A stretch of 64,000 bases of DNA from Oikopleura dioica. Lineage: Eukaryota; Animalia; Chordata. Below, piece after piece: positions 42,704-57,309 of this stretch (its first letter is position 1; each line of letters begins with the position of its first letter). Location: NCBI GenBank assembly GCA_907165135.1, contig OU015568.1, positions 12,834,001-12,898,000 on the forward strand, read 5' to 3'. The notes beneath the pieces were generated by a model. It saw only the letters and a program-made list of their open reading frames with translations. It ran no database searches and was not told the origin of the DNA. Both the position numbers and the translations under genes were made by a program.

Positions 42704-45660
42704 ATGAGGCTCTTGCCCCTTTTATTTTTACATGCATGTGCTCAAAGAATAGAGAAGGGAATCGCAGAGACTTTACAGATAACAATAGATGTGCTTTCAA
42801 ACACGGAACCTAATGATAAAAAATACGTGTTCAAAATTAATATGCAGCTCGACGAGGACTCTGCTCAAAGCCTCAGGTAACAAAAAGCGGCTGTCAGGAT
42901 GATGATGATCATTAAAGTTCTTCATCTAATTGGGAAATCCATTTTTCTTGGGTCTATGGAATCGCTGACTTTGTGGGCGCACTGAATGAGCCAGAAGGAA
43001 TATCGCTGGTTGATTTTTATACGCAAGAGCCAGTTGGTCTAAATCTCAAACGATTTGGAGGTTTTTACTGGAAATTTGTCAAAAACGATGACTGGATCGA
43101 CCTAACTCCGGGTGACAAAATTTCATTCGTGTTGGAAGGTAATAACTGGCTGACTTCATCCTCTGATATTTTTAACAACTGGGTATTCATTTGCCTTGCT
43201 GGAGACTGCGGCTCTACTGAGCCAAAGGAACGTTGCATATACGGTAGCACAGGGGATATTATTTACACACCTTTGGTGTTTGCGTCATAAAGCTCTTTAG
43301 CTGAGCACATGTAGCAAGTCTGAAGGCGTAAGACTGTAGGTATGCAACTCGGAATAAAGACAATTCAATCAACTGTTATGGATGGTGCGATTTTCCCGTC
43401 GAAACTTGGCGAAGTCAAGTTATTCAACAGAACACTTGATGATAAATGGACCTCTTGGGATGAAAATGGAGGACTCGGAAGATATGAAAGATATGCTCCT
43501 GTGACCGGACTGTCTTGTCCTCCATCTAACAAATTGCATGAAAAATCAGTGAAAATAGAGAGCCATTTTACATATCGAGGAATGTTTATCGACCTAGCAA
43601 GAAATTGGTTTCCAGAAAATTTCTCGCAGAATTTACGTTACGAAGACTTTCTAAGACTCGTTGTTGATATTGCTTCTGAGATCGAACTGACCCATCTTCA
43701 TCTTCATTTGAGCGACGACCAAGGTTGGAGAATCGAGATTCCAGGCTTGCCCGAGTTGCATGAATTTGGAGCGCACAGATGCTATGGCAATTTTAAGGAC
43801 AGCAATTTTCCTTGTCTCTTTCCCTCCCCTCAAGAAAAAGCAGAAGGCGACGGTGGACGAAGATTTATTTCTACGAGCGATTTCGTGTCATTATTGAGAT
43901 ACGCGAATGAGCGTGGAATTCAAATTGTTCCTGAGATCGATATGCCTGCACATAGCCGTGCCGCTGTTAAATGTTAAGTTCTCTTCCATGATTTCATTTA
44001 ACAGTTTTGTAGCTATGGAATATCGCGCGCACAAAACGGGAGATGAAAGGTATCGACTCGATGACCCGGACGAGACCTACGACACTTCATCCTGGGGACG
44101 AACATTTGATGGAACTATGTGTCCTTGCAGAGAGTCAACATTTGCTTTCATTGCGCAAGTTGTAAGTGAAATGAAAATGATGTACCGACAAGCGGGCCTT
44201 TGGGACGACGAAAATCCGCCGTTATTTCATATTGGCGGTGACGAAACACCACCGACTTCGTGGAAACACTCGCCACTATGTGATGCGATGGTGGAATCAG
44301 GAGAAATAAATAGCCTTGACGAGCTTTTTCACTATTTCATCAAGAAAACTGTTGATCTTGTCGATTTTTATGGTTTCAGAGTTGCTGCTTGGGAGGAGGC
44401 TTTCATTGTCGGTAAAAGTGTCTTAATTTTTTATATAATTAACATCATTTAAGATGAAAAACCGGTTCCTATGGATCAATGGGGATCATTGAAATTTCCG
44501 TTGACAATCATGCCCTGGAATAGCCGCTGGTACGAGCACAATATCAAATATCCATACGAGTACGCCAACGCAGGATATCAAGTGATCATGTCTACAGCTG
44601 CGCACACTTATTTTGATCATCCAGCCGATCTTAGGAAACGATTGTATTTCTTGAAACTTTTTAGACAACAACCTTGTTTATGCAGTCCTTCAAAGTCCAA
44701 ATGAAAATGGATTCTACTGGGCTTCGCGGTTCACAGATCTTCTCAAAGTCTTCAGCTACAGACCATTAAATTTTTATTCAAATGCTGACTATACAAACTT
44801 TGGGGATGAATATCAACCTGGCGAAGTTTGCGACGAAAATCCAAGTCACTGTCCTTCTCTTGAAAAGCCAGAAAATATTATTGGCATTCAAGGTCACTTA
44901 TGGTCTGAGACGATGCGCAACCCAGAGATGCTCCTTGGGCAGCTTTTTCCAAGGTATGAAGAATTATTCGTTTTTTTGAAGTAAACTCATTTCTTTTTAA
45001 GAATGATGGCAATCGCTGACCGAGCAAAATATTCAAGGAGATGGGAGCTCAGCAACGAGACAGGTCTTCAGATTTTGAAGAATCGGTATTTTATTTATGA
45101 CTGGTGCGAATTCAAAGAAAACACCAAAAAACTCATGACGAAGCTATCTTATGTCACGAACAGCTTCTTTTTTCGGCTTCCACTTGTCGGAACAAAGCTG
45201 GACAAAAACACTGGAGGAAAGGATTGAAATAAAGCTAGGACAGTAAGTGCTCTGAGCGTGAAAAAATCCATTGAAAGGGCTCAGTCTTGTTAATGAACTC
45301 GACCTCGAAATGCGTTTCCGGATCAAAGACGACAAAAGTGGCAATTCATTTTTCAGAGAAATAAAGCTGGATCAGAACCGTAAATTTTCAACGTAGAGTT
45401 TCAGCTCAAATATTTTAGAATTCTTTTTATACAATCACATGAACGATGAAGATAAAAAGAACTATCCATCTGGCTCAACAGTGACGTTGGAGTTTGTCAC
45501 TGTTCTCTACAAAGGAACCCTTGATGGGTCCGTCGAGTGGTACCCTCAAACAAGCCGTACTCAAGAAGTTCAATACACGATAAATTACACAACGACATCG
45601 TCTGCAGGCACACTTTTATCTTCACTTTTTCTGATTCTAATTAGCTCTGTGCTTTTCTGA
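42704..45660 (+). CDS. GH20 beta-N-acetylhexosaminidase, chitobiase-type, probable GPI anchor
   Basis: Signal peptide; N-terminal CBM-like region; YRGMFIDLARN, LHLHLSDDQGWRIEIPGLPEL, PEIDMPAH, FHIGGDE catalytic pair, GIQGHLWSET; C-terminal TTTSSAG plus hydrophobic tail. Confidence 0.92.
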
Positions 45661-45751
45661 ATAAAAATCTAAAGACTAAACAACCTGCCCCAGGGCCGTC
45701 TGTGGATGCATTCTAAGTAAAAATCATCCTCTCTTTTTTCAGTAGAAGAAA

Positions 45752-47228
45752 ATGAAAAAGATATTTTTGCTTTCATTATTTTCAAGTGTCTTTTCTAAGA
45801 GATTGTACGGCCTAGAAATCGATGCCAGGGGAAGAGTTGTGACAGAATATGCGACTGGCAATAAAAACAGATTCATTGTCAGACTATCTGGTCATTGTCA
45901 GTTGCGAAACGGAGAGTACTATCAAGTGAACAATGTCACTGGAACATGGATATCCGATCAGCATATCATGACTGGTAGATTTAACGTTAACAAAAAGATG
46001 TTAAATGATTTTAGGAAGAAATGCTATTTCGTCTTCATATACTGAGGCAGTTTGCGATAAGAACATTTTAGGAGAGGTTTAGAAATAAAAAAAAATAATT
46101 TCTGTAGCAGAAAATAAACCAGAACAGACGAGCGTCGAAGTTTATCGGTAGAAGCTTTTCAACCTGGAGAGAAACACTTGGAGCTCTCGAACATTGGATT
46201 CGTGACCGACTTCACCTTTCTTGATGCAAACGATCAATTTGTTTTGCTGAAAGTGAATATCTTTTCCCCGGAATTGTTGAAGATTCCCTCATTTCCTTCC
46301 CTCGGCGGAAATTTATTCGGTGCTTTGGAAATGCGAAGCTTTGGCTTAGACCCGCAAGGAAAGACTCGAGATGGAAAGGTAAAAATCATGAGTTTTGAGA
46401 ACGAGCGCGAATGCAAACTTGCTTCCGAAGCGACGAATACAATTTGTTTGATGAATGGCATCGGCTGTAGTGAAGATCCTGGCGCACCAATTTTCGATGA
46501 AGAGGAGAACTTAGGACTGTTCTATAGAATTTTGATAATTCATTTGATTGAGCACGGAACTAGTCTTTAGAAGGACTCATCATTTAATGACGTCCAAATG
46601 AACTCGACGCACTTAATAAGACAAGATCTCTTGATGCGAGTGAATAGAGGGCATAAATATTTTCTTTGAGCAAAGTAAAGTGGCTATTTTCTACACGATG
46701 GACGCCCGGCACCCCGAGTGTAAGACCAACATTGTAACGAAGGTTGAGCGTCTCCTTTCGAAAAATGGAAAAATCGAAAACTCCTTCGCCCTATCAATCG
46801 ATAATAAGTTGGCTCAGCGCGTCGCCCAAATTATAAATTGTCCGATTCCAAATCCGAAAACTGACAACTATTTGAAAAAGGGGAGATTCGTACCCTTGGT
46901 CTCGATTGCCACTCGATTTGCGGACGGAGACAGTAGGAATGGTCCAAGTTTCATTAGATGGATAAATCTTTTATCAAAACCACTTTTCAGTTCTCACAGT
47001 TCTAAATTGAAGCTTGAACCCATTTGAAGATTCCGAGTTGAAATTAACATGAAAGACAATTCCAACGACTACAGATTAACCATGGTATCATTCTTTGGCA
47101 GATTCTTCGCTTACGATGTCGTGAATGTCAACGGAGAGTGGATCCTGAAAACAGGATCGTATCCTCTTGCCTCTGTAATTGCTGACTGCCCATTTGATTC
47201 TGATCTCAAATGGAACGTTTTCGGATAA
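45752..47228 (+). CDS. secreted trypsin-fold serine protease homolog (catalytically dead) with a C-terminal extension
   Basis: Signal peptide; GTWISDQHIMTG (cf. GGTLISxxHVLTAAHC, His lost); ICLMNGIGCSEDPGAPIF (cf. C.GDSGGPL, Ser lost). May be two genes. Confidence 0.5.
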
Positions 47229-47294
47229 CTCTGATCAATACAATTCCATCAATTTAATTGCTCGTTTTATGTACAGTAATTACAGAGAACGACA

Positions 47295-49500
47295 TTAACT
47301 CGCATCGTCTGGTTCAATGTCATTTTCGACCGCATCGATATCCTTGTTGAACACCGTTTCAAACGCAATCAATATTATTGTCATGTTATCTAAAAGCATA
47401 TATTGAAGATGTTACAAAAAATATTGATATCAACGTCAAACGCAAACAGGCTCAATTCATGAGTAAAATTACCTATGCTCCCGCGATTCAAACACACATC
47501 AACAATCTCTTCAACGGTTTCCACAATCGACTCTTTCTCCGCGAACTTTGACCTGACCAGCACAACCTGAAAGTAAGATTGATAGGAAACGAGAAAAGCA
47601 CGGGTCGATAAATCAGTGGGTCTTAGAAAATATGACGTGACAAGAAAGGACACTTCCGTGTTGATTTCAAGGGAAGATATGTTTATAGTAGTTCTGCGGT
47701 TTGTATTTACAGTTTGTTTCTATTTTTAATCATTTAGTTTTCTACTTACAAGCTCGTCATTGCTCACAACATCGTAAACGCCGTCGCATGCCATAACGAT
47801 GTACTCGTCTTCGCTCGAACGTTCGAAGTAGTGCACGTCAGGTAGGCAGCTCACCGGCTGCTCCAGTTGCTCTTTATCCTTTGCACGTTTGTATTGGAAG
47901 TCCCCAAAGGCCCTAGCTACCGCGAGATTCCCTTTCCTGTGGTTCCCAATAATACGCTCGCGCATATTAGATGAGTGCCGACGCAATAGCATATTTGGTC
48001 CGTTCCCCAATAAGTAAAATATTTATCGCGAGCTATTGCAATGCAAACAACTCTTGTGGCAAGGCATGAACTCATTCTATTTCGTCCGAAATGAACAAAA
48101 GAAAGCTAGAAACCACGTGTCCTTGAATGCGGCCATCTCGAACTTTCAACCCCGCGTCAGTTATACGTCTGGTTTCGCGCTCGTCACTTGGCTTTTCTCA
48201 ATTGAGCAATGAAATTTGATTTAGAGTATCATGTCAGAATTACTACCACGTGAGATACCACGAGATCTATCAAGACTTTCAAAAGACACGGATGATGCCA
48301 TAAACGCCTCATTTTCGCTCGAAGGTGTCAAGAAGCGCAATTACAAGAGAAAACTTTATATTAGTAAAAAGGGAGAATAAGTAAGTTTCATCTCGAGAAT
48401 GGAAGTTTTTCAACTGTTTCTTGTGATCTGATGTCGAGAACTTTACACCGGCTGGGAGAACTTCCGTTTCAGTTTCATTGGCAACGAGATCGACGACATC
48501 GGTAGAAACACTTTGGACGAGAAGAGTTCTTGAGTCTCCAAGGTTCGCTGTGAAAATATGAGCAGGTGTTATTATTGTTGCAGTACAGGTTGATCCGGAC
48601 CATCTTTTTCGAGGTTTGATAATTATGAAAATTCTATATGAATCATATAATATGATCCGTGTTCTACAGACAGTACAGTATTTTCGTTATTTTCAATTAT
48701 GAAAACTCTGCCTGCGGTTATTTCTGAATAAGTGCTGAAGTTCAGAATCGAGGGAGACGAAGCATTCCCTCAAAGCCCCAAGGACGATCTCCGGGTCGTA
48801 GAGAAACGGGTTCGCAATATTCGCGATGGCAGGTTGGCTCATTAAGATTGGCAGCATCTGAAGACAGCCATCGCGCACAATTTTTACTCATTAACTTTAC
48901 TTATTTGACGCCCATTTTATAGACAAATTACAATTTAAAATGCTCATGGCGAATTAGGTTTGCCTGCTTGTTTAACCTTTTCTGCAGCTCTATTGGCAGT
49001 TTCGTCGCCTCCATGACCGTCAAACACGGCAAAGAGCGACCACTCTTCCAGTGGCGGCGGCAGCTTGGGCACACACAAATCTGCATCCTCCATTGTTATT
49101 CTAATTAAAGTAAGTAGAAGGGAGGGATAGCGAATTTGCATTTAGATTGCGGATACGCGCCTCAAGCCAAATCAAACATGATTAGCCTACATACGATTAA
49201 GTCTCAGTCACTGTACCTCCAGCCAGTCATGTCTGTCTTTGATGAGGGTTCATTTTAGTGTTTTAACCAGACGCGCAGTTAGTAAGTAACCCATTCTCTT
49301 CGCCCATAGAAAGTCGTTCCCTTCTCCATGCTCGGTTTTCTTCTTTAGCCTCAATTAGCACGTTAATCACTGAGCCAAATGCATAATTTACTCTACCGAT
49401 GTTCGGGGAGTTTTGCTTTCGGTGACTTTCCATCAAAGTGGCTCAGCCTTGCAGCAACTGCTGACCCAGCCCACTGTTTGGTCTGCTCGGTTAGACCCCG
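47295..49500 (-). CDS. PP2C/PPM1A-B-like Ser/Thr phosphatase
   Basis: MTGWR, MEDA, FAVFDGHGG, TIIITKPRKDGPDQPVLQQ-region CTAT/ANLGDSR, LAVARAFGDFQYK, IVMACDGVYDV, DNMT. The 5' end is unresolved. Confidence 0.9.
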
Positions 49501-52500
49501 CTCAACCAAGGAAGAGCGCCTAAAAACAGCGTTATTGATGACGAAAAATAAATGCCTTATGAACTGAGTATGTCAACGCCTTATGATTTATTTATAAATG
49601 TTTGGTAAAAAAGGAGAGCTGAAAATATGCTCAATTAGGTGGCTTGAAGACCAAGTATCCCGGAAGCAGAGTACTTGTCACCGCGAAATATTTAATCGCA
49701 TTTATAAATATTCGATACTCGAAAACGTATGTGTTTGTTTACTGGATAAAGCTGCTCTTCATTAATATCTTACTGGCTCATTTAAATTTTCTCTTTTCAA
49801 AAATGGCTGAAGTTACCTTCGCTGCTTGATTCGATTTGTAATTTCATCACTTTTCATCTCCTTCTGACCGGGACCTGATCTCTTTTCAGCACCTTTCAAA
49901 CCGTTTCTAGCACAAACGAAGACAAATTAAAGTATTTCCTTTGCTGAGCTGGATAGGTGATCGAAATTGCCCCAAGGCGAAGGCCTAGCATCACTTACCA
50001 GATTGCACTTTGACCCGAAGTTCACACTACTAAAGTTATTTTTACTGCTTCTTCTGGGAATAATGAGTTTTCAAACTATAAATTAGCGTCTATTTATATC
50101 AAGTGAACTGTAAGAATATTTTTTCAGAGCCTGATCTTGATCTCCCGCTGCGAAAAGCGCTATTGATTTTACAGCTTATCAGCAGTGATATAAAATGACG
50201 GTTATTTTCCGGTTGAGGGCCTGTCCTTTAAAAATAACAGGGATAGATAAGTGTGTCTTTATTTAGAAAAACAGGTTAAGCAAGATAAATCGAGGCGAAA
50301 GTTCGCTCATCCATATTCGCAGGGTGGCAAGTAGGGCAATTTATTTAATTGCATTTTCCGCGGACAGCTGTCTGATAATCAGACTAAATGCAATCTACTG
50401 TAGCAACGTCTGAAGATTCAGATGCAATTAGCCCAGCTCAATTGTCAGCTCCGTGTTCATCAAGCAAGACCAGTTAGTAAGGAAGAATTCTGAAGCGATA
50501 TAAGGCTATCAATTTGGGCTCCCTCGGGAAAGTGAACTCTTCATTTCTACTGCTTTATTTTTAAACTTGTTATCAATAATAATTTATTATCATACAACTT
50601 GTTGTTTGCACAAAAGACACTCGTCTAACGCGCATGACAGAGTTTTTGGGCTCATTTCCAATGTCTTCTGTTTGGCGAGGGAAAGAGCAAAGTGGTCACC
50701 GACCACTAACACTTCATGCAAATGCAGAAGATGAATTAATTATTCAGCTTCTTATTGATCTCAGCCGCCAGTATATTCCTATGTTTCACGAATACGGCAC
50801 GCTTGCAGAGCTGGCGAAAAATGCATCCTCGAGAATGTGAACCACCTCTAAGCATCACATCAATAACAAAAAGAACTTGATCGAATTCCGATTCACCGGT
50901 GCCACACAACAAGCGGTTTTACAACACCGTCTTATCAAATTTTAATTGACTCTGCATTCTCAATACGTTTGCACTTCTCAATGACTGAAGAGGACGCTGT
51001 TAAAATCTTAGAAATCTTGATAGTTTGTCTTTTAAACTGTCTTATAAAGATCATAAAATTTTGGATTGACTCTTATCGTTCAAATGCATCATTAGATTGA
51101 TTAAGTAAGTTCGAATTTTCCATTCTGACCATTTTGTTTAATACGGACCAGTTCCATTGGTTTAACTGGCTCAATTTCTCGATGTTTCCAGCTGGTGGCG
51201 TTGGAAGGACGCCCCTGGTGGGCGTCGCGCGCCTCCGGCCCGATCACCCCAAGCTTCCTTTTTGCCTAAGGCGCGTGGAGAGCCGACGATATCGATCACA
51301 ACATTCGACAACTTTTCGAAATTCAAGAGATTCCTTCTGTTTGCCAACAACGAAGAAGAATAGAGAGAGCGCTGATTTTTCTCCCTAGAATAGATTTCAA
51401 GGTATGATTATAATTTTTCGCTGTGTCACCAGAGAGCATAGTAAACTTGATACAGAATTGTACAACGCTTGACGATGCACTGATACTCAAAATAGATCAA
51501 TTTTATACTACCTTCGATTCTTCTTGTCGATATTTTTTGGCTTTGAAAGAGATCCAATTTTGATAATTTTTCTTGTATCGATATCTTCTGACGAAACTAA
51601 CTGGTCATTGCTAATTGGGTCAGGTAGCTTTATCATTTGCTTTCTACACCTAGTTGTCGGCCTTTATTGGACAACAAAGGAGAGGGCGAGAATCAGTAGG
51701 AACGAGCTCAGCGGGGTGTTGGACTGATAGTTACAATAAATCCAGGACACAGTCAATTAGCCTTTTTGAAGAAACATTTTTCGACCTTTGTGTTTTTCAA
51801 TCAAAGAATAGAAATTTTCTCAGTTTTCAGAAGGAATTCAATGATCACGTAGATGAGCCCAGTTCCGTTTAATTGCCGAGCTTTTCAACTCCCCTGGGCG
51901 TTTCACCACTCGTGTCAAACGACATGTCAAGGGCCGAAGAAAAAGGCGCAATGCTCGAATCCCTCAGCTCTACTAGAGGCAGAGTAACTGAAGTATTGAT
52001 CCCTTCGAGATTAGCCAAAGTCCGGATTAAAAGCTCAAAGCCAAGAGCGCGGATCAAACCTCAGTGTGGATTGTTTCCAGCTCAGCGACCTTGACGCGCA
52101 TCTCGTTACAGTTTTCGTCCGCCGCTGCGATATCATTATAGATCGATCGAAGGGCCTTCGTTGTTTATGCGCTCGAAAACTTATTAGCGGGGGCTCTTAG
52201 GTGTCAACCGAAATTCAGAAATCGTGTGTAGGTCCTTCAGACCGAGAGGCTTACAGCGGCTATCCTCGGGCATGCGTCCAACAGATCCTTAGGTGCAGTG
52301 AGATAGGGGTTGTTAGGTATCGTGAATCCGGCTTAGCATCATCAGCAAATGGACGCGTATATATTGATTTCTTGTCAATAGAGACAAGAAATATAAAACG
52401 AAGAAAAAACTTTTGTTTTCAGAAAAAAATACGTCTTCCATTCGCCCCTTATTTTTCTTGGACGCTCGTATAGGGCCATTCTAATTGATGAAAGCCTTAT

Positions 52501-54124
52501 TAAAGGATCAACCTTTTGCTTTCATTGCGGGTGCGTGGGAACAAAAAAATCTGAAGAAAAGTGAAGTTTCAGTATCCTCTAAGCTAAAAAATCTGTCGCT
52601 GAGCCAATTCGAAATCGCCATGCCACGCTTTTTTACGCCAAATGTCTTTGAATTCGATACTTTTTAATCGGATTATAGTTAGCTTAGAGCTATATTTTTT
52701 AAACTTGTTGATGATGGTTGTTTTAGATGTTCCAAAAAACCGAGAGATTCGAACTTTTTGCTTTCCTTCATTTACATATTTTAATGAGAAAAGGAGCCGT
52801 TCGTGGATAGCGTCGCAAATTGCGTTGTAAAGGGTTGAATGTATGTTTTCGGGTGTTAATTATGCTATCGATTGACGATGTAGGCTCGAGCTAGGGCCCA
52901 ATTAACCCTTTAGGAATTAGAATTAAATCGGGAGAACTGGGTTGGTGACATTTTTTATAATGCCAGCCCCATCTGTCCACTTTGGCTTATGTCTTTTCAA
53001 ACTTTTTTTCTTCACTAGCGTATTTTCCTGTTATGTCCAGCGATAGTTTCTATCAGCGGAAAAGTATTTTGTTTTCCAACAGCAGGACTAGCGCGTCCAC
53101 TTTGATAAAAAATGCATGACCCGGCTGGTACTCGAGTTGGGAGTGCTCTAGCCGCGTTGAAAACATTTTAGTCCTCTTTCTCGCTCTCCCGTGTAATTTA
53201 GTAGCGACGCAAAATTGATGAACTTGGACAGATGAGCACTCAAGTCCCACTCGTTCACTGCTCCCTAACTCTCTTTGATCAAAAAATCAATTTTTCAAGT
53301 AACCCCATGCAAGGGAAAATACCGCTAATTAGAACTAAGTTAGTCAGCTTCATAAAGTATTCAGTGTTGCCGAAAGCGAGTTTTCTGGGGAACACTAATC
53401 AGCTCTACACGAGTTCTTGCAAACAAATAGGATTCAATAAATATTTCAGTTTTATGACGAGCTGTTCTTGAGTTGACTGGGCAAGAAGTAGTGGCTCCAA
53501 CAAAGAGGACTCTTTCAAAATGGCTTGCAACTCCTGTATATTGAGAATATGTAAGTTATACTTAAAAATTTATCGACCAAGATTTTGTGCAGAACTTAGT
53601 ATTATCGAAATATCGGGTCGAATATCATGAACTTTAGGCTTAGGCAGAGTCAGAAGTTAATTAAAACTGATTATTCGGCGCTAATTAAGTAATTATTCTG
53701 ACTGCACACTAATTTGCCTAATGCATAGTTTGCATATTTACGTGCGCTATTGGATCCAGTTTTTTATCGATAGCATATGGAAGGGACGACACTTTGTCGC
53801 CAGGTGTCATTTGACATTTTTGGATTGTGACATGAATTTCGCCCTCCTTGGAAGGCTATTCGAGCACATTCAAATGGTGATATATTGGAAATCGAACCCC
53901 ATATGGTTTTGCCTAGTTTGAGCACCATATGGATTCGATTTTTGAAATTTAGTCACGCAACGGGTGGCCTTACTTTTTTCATGCCAAGGAAATTATCACA
54001 TCCGTCAAAGTGTGCGCAAATTTGCATATCCCAAGTCTTCTTATTTGCATTTTAATCTAAGCCCTAATTAAGTTAGTATTAGCTGAAGGGTATCATATTG
54101 AAAGTAAGACTCTCGTTTCAGTGC

Positions 54125-57100
54125 TTTATTGTACGACGGCAGTATTTGGTCTTCTGGTGGAAATATCGCCGAACGAAAATCTAGTCAGACTGACTGGTAG
54201 CAAATTAAGGCTGACATGTATAGTAACCTTCACGCCAGAAGAATTTAAAGGTAAAAGTCCTAATTATTGACAGGCCATGTTCGTTCCAATAATGTTATTC
54301 TTCCTTGATTTCATTTTAAAATTCAGACATCGACCTTAATTCGTGGGTTGGCTTTGAGTATCCAAGTGGAGCCAATACTGACAAACTGAAACAACGAAAG
54401 ACGAAACTTGCGTCTCAAAATAAGATAAGGACGGCCGTCTCGATAAAAGATGGAAGCGCTGGATTGTCTGGAGACTACAAATGCTCTTACGGGGATCAAT
54501 CCAAATCTATCTCTGTTACTTTCAACGAAAAGCTAACCTTCGATGACTCCGCTGAAGACGCTAATGGCAAGCAACTCGAGGTCGGAACAAAATCTTTCGA
54601 CTGCAAGGCCCAACCAAGTGGATTGAAATACATGTGGACTGTTGGATCTGAAGAGCCAAAAGAAGGCCAGACGCTTGATTTCGGAGATGGTGTTACCAAA
54701 GATTTCGACGAGAGTACTGAATACATCTGCGAAGTGACCAGAGCATCTACTGGAGACTACGACCAGCTGATCTACAAATTTTCGGTTGTTTATGCTCCAG
54801 AAGTGACTATTCCAGAAAGTTCTTTTGTCAGAAAAGAAGGCGATTCTGCTTCCCTTGTCTGCAATGTCGACGCGAAACCTGCAGCAGATATTACTTGGTC
54901 GCGCGACGGTAAGGTCATAGAAGGCCAGACCGAGACAACTTTAAAGCTGGACAACTTGACCTTCGCCGATCATAACGGAAAATATAAATGCACGGCGAAT
55001 AATAAAATTGGAAAGGAGGCAAGTGGGGAGATCGATGTGACTGTCGTGGTGCCTCCTAAAGCCACAATCACTCAGGGAGAATCCGTGAACGTGAAGGAGG
55101 GTGATAAATTAAAGCTCGAATGCACTGCTAGCGGCCAGCCAAGCCCAACGAAGTTCATTTGGACATTGCCCGACGGAACGCAGCAGCCAGAAGGATCCAC
55201 CTTCAAAACAGGTTCGACTGAAATATATTCCTAAGTCTTACAATTTTCTTCAGACGCAAACAGCGATCACAATGGCGAGTTTACCTGCAGCGCTTGGAAT
55301 GAGGTTGAAGGCGAGACTTACGGACCTGGAAACGCGACCATCAAAGTCTCCGTTCAATGTGAGCGACTTGAAAGACTGAACTTTATCTGAACTTAACTCC
55401 TTTTTTCAGACTCGCCAAAGAACAAAAGCCCGTCGACGACGATTTATGGCGTTGAGAACAAAAATACTGAGATGAAATGTATCATTAGCGCGAATCCAAG
55501 TGCGACTGCTTTTTGGAAAGAAGATCCCGATCAGGTAAAAGGATTCATAAAACCAGCGATCAAAATTCTTTTAGAAAAACACGACGACTTCTACTTCCGA
55601 CGACCCTACAGAAACCATCAGTACCTACACCGTTCTTGCCTCAAAGGAAAACTTCAAGACGTACACCTGCAGTGCAAAGAACGACATAAGCGACGCTGAA
55701 TTCGTTTTTGAACTTAAAAAAGCTACTCCTCCAGCAAAGCCCGAGGCCCCCACAGCCAGTGACGAGCAGATTATGTACCAAAGTATCACTTTCAACTGGA
55801 AGAGCCCCGAGTCTGTTATTCCAATAACCTCCTACAAGATAAGCTACACGGATAAAGATGGAAACGAGAAGGATACAGTTTCAGCTGGAGGTAAAGGAGA
55901 ACTAAATTTTATCATCTCTAAGACTTACTAGCCGATACGACTATGCAGCTTACCGGACTCAAGGAAGAAACTGAATACACTTTCTACATAACCGCTCAAA
56001 ATGAAGCTGGCGATAGCGAAAAATCAGAAGGCGTCACGCTAAAGACAAAGAAGCCAGGTATAATCCAGACATATTTTTCACAAAAATATACTCGTATAAT
56101 AATCAACACAAACCTTCAATATTATATTCCCTAGATGATCCAGGTAAACACACGCTGACGTGCCTGCGGTATCCCAACGGAAAACGGAAAAATAAACAGT
56201 TTTCAAAGTTTTCATTTTCATCCCCGCAGAGGATTTAAACAACACGTAGTAGTGCACGGCTCTGAGAATCATTTTAACTCCATTCGTGATTTGCATTTTG
56301 ACAATAACCCGTCGCTAGACCCTTCTAGTGGTGCATTTGCTTTGCTCTCATTATCCCCGTTTTTGAGAAGCATCATTTTGGCACTTGATAAACAATGCTT
56401 CTCAAAAACATTTACAAATATAAATCCAGGCTTTATACAAACTCAACATAACACCCTTGCCGCTTACGCTTTCATCCCGTTTATCAAGTTTATTTCTCAC
56501 CTCACGTATCTGTTTTTAGTCCCGCCAACCGTCAAAATTACCAAAAATGAAACCGTCGATACCTCAATGAAATTCACGTATAAGATCGACGTCTTGGGCG
56601 CCGAAAACCTCAAGTCGATCGACATCAAATACTACGAGGTACGCTTTAGAAAGGTGCGATATGAAAGTTAAATGAAATTCCAGATCAAAGCAGATGGAAC
56701 CAAGGGCACTGCAGTGACGAAGAAATTCACCGCAAGTGATTTCGAATTTAACAAAGAGAGCAAGATCGGCACCGCAAATTTGACTGGACTTGAAGCTGGA
56801 AAGACGTACGAAGCCGAGATAACCGTATTCAACGACAAGATTGGCTCCGAGCCACAGAAGATCAAGTTTGAAATGAAACCGGGCACTGGCAGCTCTACTG
56901 TTACCGTGATTGGCGTGATGCTTGGAATTATTGTCGGTAAGTTACACTTGTAATTTTTACTGAAGAAATCCTTATTTTTCTAATCACAATAAAAATTATC
57001 ATGTCTTAAGTTCTCCTTGTCTTTGTGGACATTTCCTGCTATTACATGCGCCAGGGCGGGCTAATGATGACCTGCCACAAGGCGCTCTGCTCGCAGCCGG

Positions 57101-57309
57101 AGCCAAAAGTGCCAGAGTCGACAAACGAGGAAGCCGAAAAAGTACCCCTCGCGCCTGAAAATGGTAAATAATTTACTCCATCAATTTCATTCATCCTCTT
57201 TAGTATAGCCTGATGGTCATATATGAAAATCTTCACCGTCAAAGAAAACCGGACTCGTCCATTTATAATTAAACCTCGTTTATTTAATTAATTTGCAGAG
57301 AAACTTTGA
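54125..57309 (+). CDS. NCAM/Fasciclin II-like Ig + FN3 adhesion molecule (first exon not located)
   Basis: Several Ig domains (LVCNVDAKPAADITW...GKYKCTANN), two FN3 domains, TM followed by LLVFVDISCYYMRQGGLMMTC, the NCAM/FasII juxtamembrane signature. Confidence 0.85.

Noticed and set aside
50634-51100. Coding-like short ORFs in the gene-poor region
   Set aside because: No motif, splice pattern or start context strong enough to call.
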